DNA of 59,167 nucleotides, counting the filler, from Sphacelaria rigidula (taxonomy: Eukaryota), in NCBI GenBank assembly GCA_964200075.2. It is 8 parts of 8 records of this genome, joined end to end, with 100 filler letters (N's around TTAATTAATTAA, not from the genome) between each part and the next. Parts side by side here need not be neighbours in the genome. Positions count along the whole stretch, not along the records: positions 1 to 7,309 come from CAXNAA020015511.1; positions 7,410 to 14,718 come from CAXNAA020015512.1; 6 more parts are not named here. The stretch is one strand, 5' to 3'. The translations under genes were made by a program, and so were the position numbers. Below are positions 1 through 11,084 of the stretch, one piece after another (position 1 is the stretch's first letter; every line of letters begins with the position of its first letter). The notes beneath the pieces are model-generated. The model did not search any database, had not been told where the DNA came from, and worked only from the letters and a program-made list of their open reading frames with translations.

Positions 1-107
1 CCCCATCACCTTGCCACACAGCCCTTTGTGGTCGGGATGGGCCGCCATTTCCCTCTTTGTTGCATGCGGCAAATTCTCTTTGAAGGGTACGAGCGTTGCG
101 GCGCACA

Positions 108-141
108 TACAGTACAGTGCAGTGCAGTACAGTGCAGTGCG
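108..141. repeat. Pentanucleotide microsatellite (ACAGT/GCAGT)n
   Basis: tacagtacagtgcagtgcagtacagtgcagtgc; the same motif recurs in reverse orientation at about 6205-6227 and 53372-53405. Confidence 0.8.
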
Positions 142-928
142 CCTTTCCGACTGCAGCAGCAGCTGCCGCTGCATACTCCCTTGCATATTCTGGGCAATTC
201 TCAGCTATCGAGATCATCTGCGACCGAGATCATCTGCCTATATACCGCGTCTTCATCCTCGCCCACTACATACCTTTTAACTGTAGACTGCAAGGCATCG
301 GCGGAGGGATAAGCAGAATTGATGACGATAGTTCCTCTTGTCTTTCCACGGTCCACCTGGGTTTAGTGCCTCATGAAAATGACCACATGGCATGTACACT
401 CCTTCCCGGTTTTTCCCACTCCACCCTGTGTTAGTGTAATTACTACGTTTTAGTATGGGCTGGCGGCCCAAAAGAACTCTCGGGAAATCCCCGGAACGCT
501 ATACTGAATGCCAGTAATACGATAAGCCATGCGCCGGGCATCCTGGCTTTGGAAACCGGGAAAGGCTCATCTGGGCGAGGGTTAGAGCCCCCACACGATC
601 ATTGCAGTCACATCACACTAGGCAACAGTCCCCGCGCTGGTCGTTCGGATCTGGTCGTTAAATTCGCCTCGCGGTAATTGGGCAGGTCGCTCCCTGACTT
701 TTTTTTTTTTATTTCACCAACACATGGTCAACATCGTGTTTGGGGTTGGGGGGTCGATCCCAAAAGGGTTAATGCACAAAAACAACCGATTCCTCTCAAA
801 ACCTCCCTTCCAATTCGGCGCAAACGTTGTTCTTCTTTGTTTTATTGTTTTATTGTTTTGGGCTTTATTTTTTGTAAAACTGAGTATGCCATACAACGTG
901 GACCACCTGTGCGCTGTTGACATGTATA

Positions 929-1100
929 CCAGTGTTGAGTATCGAATGAAAAAAAAGTCCGATACGATACTTTCAAAGTATCGACGGGTTGACGTCAATT
1001 CCGATATTTTTTCGATACGCGGAAAATGACCCGATACGTATCAATGCTCGATCCTGATACTTGATACTTGATACTTGATTCGATACGATACGACTGTTTT
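929..1100. mobile_element. Degenerate MITE-like fragment with reiterated CGATAC/GTATCG subterminal motifs (hAT-like)
   Basis: Starts CAGTGTTG and carries many CGATAC/GATAC motifs; a similar motif-rich segment lies at about 2468-2625. Confidence 0.4.
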
Positions 1101-1279
1101 GGTGTGGACGCAGCTTGCAATACCTCACGGCATTATACTGACACACAAGCAGCCTAACCTATAGTGGGTGCATGCCTGATTATATGAAGGTACAGGAGCG
1201 CCAGTGTGCGATTTATTATCTGGCATAATAGAAGTGGCGGCACAATATGCGGCGCGGAGGTTAGTTTACACTCGGGTGA

Positions 1280-1485
1280 TAAACCCGAACCCTCACCCCA
1301 ACAAAGGCACACTGAGAACCCTTGAGCAAGGGGGTGCAAAGTATTGCGTAGGCAAAGTGTGCGTTGCCAGACCTCAAATCGGCGCCCCAGTAGTCGATTT
1401 CGATAAAAACGCGTTCTACGCACGCTAGAAGCACGCTTGGAGCACAGCCGCGATAAAGATCCGTATTTCTGTGTCCACACCCAAA
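1280..1485 (+). repeat. Dispersed repeat with degenerate CCCTAA-like head; related copy at about 5445-5660
   Basis: Both copies share, in the same order, gcaagggggg, taggcaaag, atcggcg, aaaaacgcg, cgcacgcta and aagatccg(t/a)atttc. Confidence 0.6.
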
Positions 1486-4400
1486 CCACGTCGAACTAAA
1501 AATCAACCATAGCACCCTCCCGAGTGTCAAACTATACTGGCGGCTGGCGGCGTGATGCTTCCGTTCAACATGAATGGTTCTTCATCGTGCAAGAGGCAAG
1601 TCGCAAAAGAGGTATAATAATAGTTGATCACAACGCCAGGTGTGATGCGTGATCCACAGCGTGTTGATCAAGCCGGTGATATACCAGAGTATATTTCGCG
1701 GCCACTATTCCGTCATTGTTTCGATCGAATTCGGGCATTTATCTGGACTCTGCGCATTGCGCACTGCGAACGCATTCCTCGTTATTGAATAAAAAACGCG
1801 CCAAACCTCGAAAATGCGAGATAATGATAAACTACATGCACGCTCGCTTTTTCTGTTCTCCATACCAAACAAGGGAAGAAGTCGGCAGGGTACGTCCAAT
1901 TTTTTCATTGTTGGCTACACAACGAAGTAAAAACTACAGACACCTGAACGCCAAAGCAATATAATTCAAAAGCTTGTACAAAAAAATGGATATGATGGGA
2001 CGAGGAAATTACCGTCTACCCTCACACGCGAAACACTTCCGCCTACTTGAAATATTCACAAGGCATCAACGGTACTCTTTCGCCCCCTTTCTGATATCTG
2101 CACAGGAGATACTGCCAAACTATTAACTACAACGTGCAAACTCTGTAGAAACACCGTAGAAATACCGTACACAGAAACAAGTTGACTCCACTGCGGCGAT
2201 TGCTCATGAGCGCTTTTTTGGGGGCCCTCGGGTCCGGATCGCCCGTATGTCACCCGACTCCGTGGCACCCATGAAAAAGCACCCAGTAGTTGACCGCTTA
2301 GGTGCCAAACTTGCTGCGTTTCTTGTTGTGTGGTGTGTAGAGTGTGGTGGGTAGCGAGGTGGTGGGCATTGGGGTGATGGACGGTGGGCGGAGGCATGCG
2401 AAAAAGGGGGGACGATGTGCTGCCTACCATCCCCCACCCCCCACCTCCCCCGGTAAAAAAATAAATTAGTACATCGACGATTTCAATATCGGATATCGAA
2501 ATTTATATTGATATATGTATATATTGACGAATATGGGCTTGGAAACCGGCGATACCGATACGCCGTATAGACTGATACATATATATCGAAATCGTATCGA
2601 GTACCGATGTCCGATTTTCAACAGTACATAGTGGCTGCTGGGTGTTTTCATCTCATGGGCTGCCTGGAGGTTCAGTGGGTGTGCAGATATGAAGTAGTGG
2701 GAATGGGCAAGAATACAAGCACAGACGGCACCGTTACACCGCCCTCAGTCAGTGCAGCATGTTGACTGCAGCATGAACTCACTGTTCCTACGGTGAGCAT
2801 GGTGACCGCAGCGAGTGTTGTCTTCGGAGGAGGTGGTCTTCGATGTCGAACGTAGCGCGTCCTAATTCGCGGCTGCCGAGATGCTAGCATGGGCCTCTCT
2901 TCCTGTCGACGCGGCACAGAAGGATAAAATGAGTTACCACCTGTGCGATGTTCTAACCTGCACGCTTGTCCATTTCGTCAGACCCGGCGTGGCGCATGCT
3001 TCCTGGCGTGTTGTACAGCAGAGCAGAGAGCCAGCAAACTCATTTTCAAGTCATGATTTTGACGAAACAGCTATTCCACATGAAGGCTACGCATGTAGAA
3101 TGGTGGGGACTAAAAAATAACTCTCCCCAGGTCACAAGAATCGCGACACATTGTATAGAGAAGCGATTGCGCCCGAAACAATATGGTGACAGGGAACATC
3201 TTCCCAGCTCTGCGCGCGGGCGCTTTCAAAACACTCAAACCTGTTGAAACCGCACGTAGGTGTCATGTGGACGGACCAGTTGGACCTAAACGTGCCACAA
3301 ATCTGTGTCCACTGAGATAACTGGAGAACTTAGTCAAAGCCTTGCTGCTTCTCTGACCTCACAGAATACAAACTAAAGTTGTATCCACGTAAAAATGAAC
3401 GAATCTGACCACAAATCGGCGTCCAGATTTGTCTTTTTGAAGATTTTTGAACTCTTTGAAGTTGGTCGGGGTGGGGTGTCACGCCGTACATATTACTTGC
3501 TGGCATCTGCCGTGACATCGACCACTATCCGCTTACGACCATTCCACACGTTGAACGACCGCGAATCTGAGTGGAAGGACTCGTGGTCGTTGAACGTTAT
3601 TGCGTCCAGTCGTGCGGATCGCCTCCTCTTGGCCTAGCTACTTTTGGCGGTTCGGGATAGCTGTTCTAATGAGAGACAACGCCTACAAGATCTTGGGGGG
3701 TCTGTGGCCGCTGGGTCGTTGCCACATCTCATATCCGTGCCATAATCGGTACACAACAGTACAAAGTACGGCACCACAATCTCAGGGTACGGAGGTGTTG
3801 CGGGTGCGGCCATTGCGCTGACGGAGCCCTTGGCAGGTGCAGCCGCGACTGATTTCTGCGTGATACCGACACTCCAAAAACTTCAGTCTGCTCGGTAATC
3901 ATCGACATAGATTCTACACTTGCCGCACTCCACAAAAGGAAGTTTTTTTCCCTGTGCGATCAAGTGCCCGAGGCCCATTCAAGGGCCATTGACGCATAGG
4001 ACTGCTGCATTACTTCTTTTATAGCACGGGCGCTAGTGTAGGCACTTTCCCCTTTCCATACTTCAAAGGTTTGCACGTCCTGGGCGGCTCGATACATGAT
4101 GTGTATTGCCCCTGCGATACGTTGCCCAATCAGGGGATGCAATGTAGGTCAACCGAACAATATGATTGCACACGAGGAACGTAAAACGTATGCACGCTTC
4201 CACCTTCTTCGGGACGATTTACATCGCTCCCTTTCGTGCAAACCTGTTTCCCAGGTGCGATTATCTTCCTTTCATGGACGTGCTATTTGTATCATCTACC
4301 TCCATTTTACTCACATGCTATTACAAAACGTCCACGAACACTGCAGTAGTTGAATATAAATATATTTTTACCTTTGACCGCCATAATGTTCACCCTAAGA

Positions 4401-5444
4401 GTGAGTGTAAGACCCAGACCAGGCACCCTGGCGGTCAGATGGTTGACATCACGTTTGCTCCCCGGCCGAGCCCAAGGTCTACCTAGTGACTCCGTCGCGG
4501 GCGCACCAGGCCACAACAGAGTACGAGGGGAGGTCTACAAGCGCAGCTCGCCAGTGCACTGATGGTTCAGTGCACTAGCGAGGTTGTGCTCGTCCTTCGA
4601 AGATCTCGTTTTTTGTTAAGGGTCAGAGTGAAGAGTTGATGGAAAAGGTACGGTTCAGAAAGGACGCGGGATATCTGAAGTGCTGAGAAAACACGAAATA
4701 ACCAAAACAAGATCGGCGTTCTCCCCCCCGCATGGAGCGAATACAAACGAAAGTAAGGAATACAAATCAGCCATGCAGGAAATGAAGTACGCGCTCCAGC
4801 GAAAAATAGTGACAACCAAGAAAAATCCCAGGTTTGGCCTGGTCTTCGCACTACTTATAAATGAAAGACGAAACTAGTAAAAAATTGCGAGGGGGTGGTA
4901 TCGTACATAGGCGTGCGGAACCGTCAAGAGAGGGGCGCCTGAACGATGGAGCCTCCCCGCCCTTGCACCATTGATGAGGCGACGGAAATAAAGTCACCAG
5001 TGAGTGGGAGTATGCGTCTCTTCTGCTAGAACTTGCAAAGTCCTGGGATTATATATGAGCTAGGCTCAGATTGGACCCATGAGGGAGAACGGGGAGGAAA
5101 TATGTGCAACATTTGTCCGGCGTCCGTTGACTCCCAAACCCAAACACAACGCAGGATGGACCGGCGCTCTGAAACTTGGAGATTTGGAATGTGCATGTAC
5201 TGTAGTACTCTTGAAAAAGACGTAAAGTCGTGTATGCCTTGCGTACTATGGGGCAACAACAGGCAAACGCCTGTCATGTGCCAACACCAACAGCATATGG
5301 CGCGGTAAGTACCCTCAAATTCCCTTTGACAACTCAATCGCGGGGGGCTACGGGCAATGGGGGAAGGGGCAGGGCTGAAGGGGGTGGGTTCACCTCAGTT
5401 CGTATTCCCAAAATTCATGATTGATACATTTTTGGAATAATGCT

Positions 5445-5660
5445 AACCCTAACCCTAACCCTAACTCCAACTCCAACTCAAGGCATACCGACGACCCTCG
5501 GGCAAGGGGGGTCCAAAAGGGTGCCCTAGGCAAAGCGTACGTTTGCAGAACTGATATCGGCGGCACCCGTTTGGACAAAAACGCGGTCTGCGCACGCTAT
5601 AATAGGAGTACTCGGGACTGTCAGCCTCACTTAAGATCCGAATTTCGGTGCCCGGACTAA
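5445..5660 (+). repeat. Dispersed repeat starting with (CCCTAA)3 plus degenerate CTCCAA units
   Basis: aaccctaaccctaaccctaactccaactccaactc followed by blocks homologous to 1280-1485. Confidence 0.6.
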
Positions 5661-6279
5661 CATCAAGTAGATTCAAGTATGGATTTGGGGATGCGCACTG
5701 AGGTAAACTTTACTAGGAGGTTGCGTATAGAAGAATAAAAAACAGAGGGGATCTTCCGCACTGGCTTTTGAGGGATCTTGGCCTAGTATTAACCCACTTT
5801 GTGTTCTTTTCTTCGTTTTTTCTCTTCGTTTTTTTTCTTCGTTTTTTTCTTCGTAGAACTCCGGTCACTTTTTGCTCAACGTTTTTCTTGTAGACGAAGA
5901 CAGAAACTGAATCTTACGGTATTTAGAATAGGCGAAGGCTCATCTGCTCAGGTAGTGCGCTGTTCCTAAAATAGTCTTTTTTTTTCGGGGATGCACATGG
6001 TCGTCATAGATTCATGAAGAAATGTCTGTTTTCTTCATTTGACTCGTACTTTTATCTGACCCTTCGCCTTCCCCGGGACGGGTCTGTAGTCTACTATACT
6101 AGTCTCAATTAATCAGCCCATCTTCCCCGGTACTCACCCCACATTTTACTAACGCGGATTGGATCAGCGCTGCTGCACCCGGTCGACTCTCGTGAGTTGT
6201 ATTCTCTGCACTGCACTGCACTGCACTCGCGTTGTCACACTTTTCAACGACGGGAACGAGATGAGATGGTGCTTTACAA

Positions 6280-6360
6280 GACAGGATCTACCGGGACTCG
6301 AACCCACGTCTCACCCTATCGAAACGTTCGTGTTTATATCAAACCACCGAGGCGCGGCGG
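6280..6360 (-). mobile_element. tRNA-derived SINE-like head (degenerate)
   Basis: The minus strand has a B-box GGTTCGAGTCCC downstream of an A-box-like GGTGGTTTGAT; no full cloverleaf. Confidence 0.4.
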
Positions 6361-6675
6361 TAGTATTCGCAGTACAAAAGAGGGGGCGTAAGAGCCAGTT
6401 GCAGTCCAGGAAGTAAGAACGACGCCCGATGACTCTCAGACCTCAAAAGAACGCGGGTGAACACATGGGTTGCCGTTGCTGCAACCAGGCCGAAATTTGT
6501 CTGCCCCGCGATGACTTTCGAATATAGTAATCACAGTCGACAATGGTATGGAGCTTGCGAGCCTTGGTGTAACCTGCTGCATAATTATGTCAGCCGTAGG
6601 GAGACGTTCATCGGCTAGCAGTAAACTACTCCGCGAGCAATATCCAGACTCTGTTATGCACGGTCCATTCGTATG

Positions 6676-7075
6676 TAGGCTGGGCCAGCTGATAGTGAAT
6701 TTTTATATGTATTTTGGCGACGCTGTGGGTAATGCGAAAAGTTAGACACTGAATTTTGACACAACATTTTTATCATCACTACGCACATCATTTTTCAAGG
6801 TGCATTTAAAAAAACAAAAAATACAGGAAGATAGAGCGATTTGAAGTTTCTTTAAAACCTAGAAATATGCTGCAACACCGCGAAAAAAACGAAATACGGA
6901 TGCACCTCGGGAGATGTTGTGCGTAGTGATAATTGACATGTTGTGTCAACAGTTCAGCGCCTAACTCTTCGAATTACCCACAGCATCTACTTTTTCGTCT
7001 GGCACCCGGTGGTCAAACTGGTAGAACCGCCTCTTATTACAGAGGTCACGAGTTCGAATCCCGACACGACCATTT
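6676..7075 (+). repeat. Dispersed repeat related to 8476-8870, followed by a tRNA-like SINE head
   Basis: Both copies start with GCTGGGCCAGCTGAT, share gagcgatttgaa, and are followed by cagaggtcacgagtt(c/t)gaatc (B-box-like). Confidence 0.5.
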
Positions 7076-7309
7076 TGTTCTTGCTCAAAATCTGGCATAG
7101 CGCCTTGCATCTGGGGGTGTATAGCGCGATTTGAGGTAGCACTTCTCCCTCTTACGGTGGTAAATGACCGTCGGCTGGGAAGTTCTCTCTCACGATGGAG
7201 CTGTTGACAACCTTGATGCCATCTTGCAGCACCACTTATGCCAGTGTGCTTTTGCCCGCGCATGTCGAGTCAACGCGTGCCTGTGCGGCGTAATTCCCTA
7301 CCGTAATTC

Positions 7310-7409
7310 NNNNNNNNNNNNNNNNNNNNNNNNNNNNNNNNNNNNNNNNNNNNTTAATTAATTAANNNNNNNNNNNNNNNNNNNNNNNNNNNNNNNNNNN
7401 NNNNNNNNN
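7310..7409. other. Artificial contig linker (N44-TTAATTAATTAA-N44)
   Basis: Exactly 100 bp with a six-frame stop motif in the middle. Identical linkers occur at 14719-14818, 22128-22227, 29536-29635, 36944-37043, 44352-44451 and 51760-51859. Confidence 0.98.
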
Positions 7410-7532
7410 TGTTCTTTTTTTTTTTTTCTCAGAGCGTGTTTCAGTTTCGTTTTTCTTGGGTACGTCCATCATGAGACCACTGCTGGACCCCTGGGGGGTC
7501 AGTTCAAGTGCGACAATCAATCAATCAATCAA
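7410..7532 (+). mobile_element. 3' end of a non-LTR retroposon/SINE family with (AATC)n tail
   Basis: cttgggtacgtccatcatgagaccactgctggacccctggggggtcag followed by (aatc)n. Homologous copies at about 51915-52000 (-) and 56370-56463 (+). Confidence 0.7.
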
Positions 7533-7714
7533 CCTGTACGGAAGAACATGAAGTGCCATCTACTATTTGGCCCTTATTGAGCGACATCGGTAGTGGCAAT
7601 TCGTGTTGAAGTACAGAAGCGCGATCCTCTGCGTCCTTCTGTTCCTCGACGATCATCAAATGGAGCAATGCCATTTTTTTTTATCGATTTGATTTCCCTG
7701 TGAAAATTGCTTAG

Positions 7715-7798
7715 GGAACGAGGCGGAGAGGCCGGAGACCGAGGCCGAGCCTGGATTCTACGACGGGTGGGGGCCGAACGAGGACGATAATAACCGTG
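7715..7798 (+). CDS. Probable internal exon (phase 1-1) upstream of the peptide-repeat exon: (G)NEAERPETEAEPGFYDGWGPNEDDNNR(G)
   Basis: ttgcttAG acceptor, G|GTAAGC donor, 84 nt open frame, acidic composition; splices in frame to the acceptor at 11084/11085. Confidence 0.6.
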
Positions 7799-7839
7799 GT
7801 AAGCACAGTACCGGTAGCGCCAATGACTCTCAACCACTA

Positions 7840-8383
7840 CAGTGGTGGGCGGTCTAACTATTTAGGGGTGTTTTGGGCATTTCTTCGCGTCCTATTCTTC
7901 GATAGGACTCGAAATTGCCAGCGTCGGTAGATTTTGGTACAATGAACAGATCATCCTCGAAACACAGTGCCCAAGTCAGTGCCAGTTGGTGTCATCGGGC
8001 GAAACGAGTAACAACTCCGTTCATCAGGAGGGTGTTATTGACCGTGAAATAAAGTTTTCGGCCCTAGTGCAATAAGTAGCCAGAAATTCTGAAAATAAAA
8101 CTGTACATTTCTTCACAAATATGATCGGGACAGGCTCGATAGTCCGGAAATACAAAAGAGTAGGAATCTGGGCTGAAACGTGGCAGGACCCCCGATCGGT
8201 CAGCCCGTAAGTCACTCAATATTGATTACAGATGTTTTTTTTTCTTGGAATATCGAGCGGATACAAATATCTTCAGATTCCCCATGTGTTAAGCGACGTC
8301 AAGTGAAAAGTGTCCGAGAAAATCGCCAATTACGAAAAAAACACAAAATGCCATGAAATGAATAGTTAGACCGCCCACTACTG
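7840..8383. mobile_element. 544-bp MITE, Tc1/mariner-like (TA TSD)
   Basis: 23-bp TIR CAGT(G/A)GTGGGCGGTCTAACTATT with TA on both sides; second copy at 15354-15897. Confidence 0.9.
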
Positions 8384-9179
8384 TAAGCACCGGAGCCCAG
8401 CACAACGACAAAAATATTATGTTTCACCGGCGTGTGTCTTCCCTGTTTCCCATAGTTTTTGAACCGGGTTTGACTACAAGCTGGGCCAGCTGATCGTTTT
8501 GTTTTCGGCCATGAGGTGACGCGGTGGTGTTGATGAGGGGAGTTAGGCGTAGAAATTATGCCGACTTCTTGTCAACACGCGCAACATCTCCGAGGGAGCA
8601 AATAAGCAAAAAAAAACGTTGGAGCGATTTGAAATTTCATTGAAGACCGGAAAAGGCCACAACTCGGTGAAATAAAACGACGGTATCCCCAGTCACGAAT
8701 TTTGTACTTTCGCGCAGAGGATCCTCGGTGAAGTTTGTCTCAGTTTGTATCAAAAGTCCCATAGTGGGCCCAGCGTGAAACACTTCGTGGTACTGCTGGG
8801 CCGCCGCTGTCTTTCAAGGAATGGAGAATACTCCAATTGCAGAGGTCACGAGTTTGAATCACCCAAATCTTTTTGTTTCCTCGCAACCTCTGATTCCGTC
8901 GTTCAGGTAATGAATTATGCACAGTACATCCTCTTTTTTCTCCGAGGCAGAGTCTATATGACCAAACTGGTCTGCCGTTCACAGTGATATGCTTAAATCG
9001 GGCTGAGTCGGAAAAACTGAAGTAGTTGTGAGCTAAAGGGCGCTACGTTATACCACTGGCCCAGCTCGCACAATGCTGATAAGTGAGGTTGCGTTCGCCT
9101 ACCGGACCAAAATATGGTCTTGTAAAATCGTCGCCTTCATCATTCGGTTCAAATATTGTGATCGTCAAAACTGCTCTGA

Positions 9180-9651
9180 GGTTACTTCTTATGTATTGAA
9201 AAAAATGAATCTTGTTGAAAAGTGCATTTTTGGCCCTTCTCCGTCGTTTTTCCCCCGACAAAAGGGCTAGGCGGATGTTGACACCTCGGAATGACTTGCT
9301 CTATACGCTGAGACGGTTCCAGAGCACCTTTGCGTTTCCCGTAGGTCACAGTTTCGTTCTTGGCCAAAATTGCATTTTCAATAACAAACGTCCAAGTTAT
9401 AATAAAGCAGGGTGAAAACTGACGTTTTTTTGGTAATTCGACTGTTCGTTGTTGTAAATGCAAGTTCGACCAAAAATGACACCGTGGCCTACGGAAAACG
9501 CAAACGTGCTCTGGAACGGCCTCGGCGAGTAGAGCAAGTCATTCCAAGGTGTCAACATCCGCCTAGCCCTCTTTTCGGGGGAAAAACGACAGAGAAGGGC
9601 CAAACATACACTTTTCAACAAGATTCGTTTTTTGATACATAGGAAGTAGCC
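9180..9651. mobile_element. 472-bp foldback MITE (long imperfect palindrome), PIF/Harbinger-like ends
   Basis: Arms of about 220 bp are reverse complements (for example agggctaggcggatgttgacacct / aggtgtcaacatccgcctagccct); GG...CC ends flanked by TGA and TTA. Confidence 0.8.
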
Positions 9652-11084
9652 TTACATACCCATGTGAATAGCGTCCATAACGAGGTCGTTCGATTGCTCT
9701 GGTCGTTGATGTTTCAAAAGCTTGCCAATATAGCGGGGAATATGAGTGCGTCGTAGAAGCAAGCTTGGCAGCTTGTTGTGCGCCAGTGCGAGCGCCTTAT
9801 CTTGGAAAATGATGTGGCAATCTCATCTGGGTAAAAAGACGTGGCAATATCTGCATGGATATGTAGAGATACGCATTTCCGAGTGCCCTTAACCAATATC
9901 AAGTGACAAGGGAACTAGGCTCCGCTGTATCGGTAACAGAAAATTTCCGCCGAGGATGCACAGCCGTTGTCAGACTTTTAATCGTTATGCGATAAGAGCA
10001 AGTCGATGGGCTTCACGGGCGCTTTATTAGCCACAACACAGAAATGATAAACAAGTCGATGAGCCTGTTGAGGGTAGCTCTGGAGAGTGAAACAAGATGG
10101 GCCCCCCTCGAACTTACAGGCTAGTCTAGGGTGAACGACCAGAGTACGCTCCCAAGCGATCGCTTACGCCTTTTGTTGGAGTTGGGTCGTGTCTTAGCAC
10201 ATGATTTTTCGATCGAAAAAGTGGGGTGTAATAATTATGGGGGTAGCTAATACATTGGCTGGGGTCTCTCAGTATGAATGCCAGGAGATACCATGGTTCC
10301 AGCTCACCAAGCTCCCAACGTAAGCACGATCATACAGACCTGAGACAATGCGTCACGGAACCCAGGGTCTACGAGCAGACCCGCTCATCGTGATATCTTG
10401 CAACGTCTGATAGGCCGTCATTTGATTCCGATCTGATAGGCCGTCATTTTACTCGTCTTAGAATAAAAAAAAGGATATAATTGGAAATACATATAATATC
10501 GGAGTTTTCTTTTTCTCCTCGCCCCCTTTCCCCTCCTGGGACCTCAGAAATCTGGCGAATAAACAACATCGAAAGACCTTGTTCATACAGCCCTTATAAA
10601 TATCAGGGTCTTGTCTAAAAAACGCCGTGAGCAATGGGCCGTTAATGCACCAAAGTATACAGGTGTACGCGGGAGCCTCCCTTTTTGATTATAGCATGCT
10701 ACCGACGTTTTCCCTAGGAGCTTGAGCTAAATATCGACCGTTTGGGATCCAGTTCGCGAGGCACGCAACGAAACTTCGCACACTCGTTGCTTGGACTAAC
10801 TCGGCACGAGTCAGATTCAAATCTTACATATTGAAGCAATCTGTACCGACCTGCACGGGTTTTTATGCTGGGACCCCCAGAAGCCTGTAGAGAGCGCATC
10901 AACCATGTCATGTCGTACACTTCACCCGAGCACAGTCCGCCACAACGGTTCTGTTCCATTGGTCGAATGCAGACGAAAATGTTCGAATAAACGTTTGAGA
11001 CAAACGTCAACAAGGTGCATCGCAATAAACTGGAATATTGACCGCTGCATGCGATTCCTACTGCCGCGCGGTACCGCACACCAG

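Noticed and set aside
3729-4330. Collinear minus-strand ORF pieces as a pseudogene
   Set aside because: There are multiple stops and no recognisable motif, so no product can be supported.
10273-10319. Possible small exon (cag...gtaagc) within the peptide-gene intron
   Set aside because: It is not phase-compatible with both the 7798 donor and the 11085 acceptor; the phase-1 reading hits TGA immediately.
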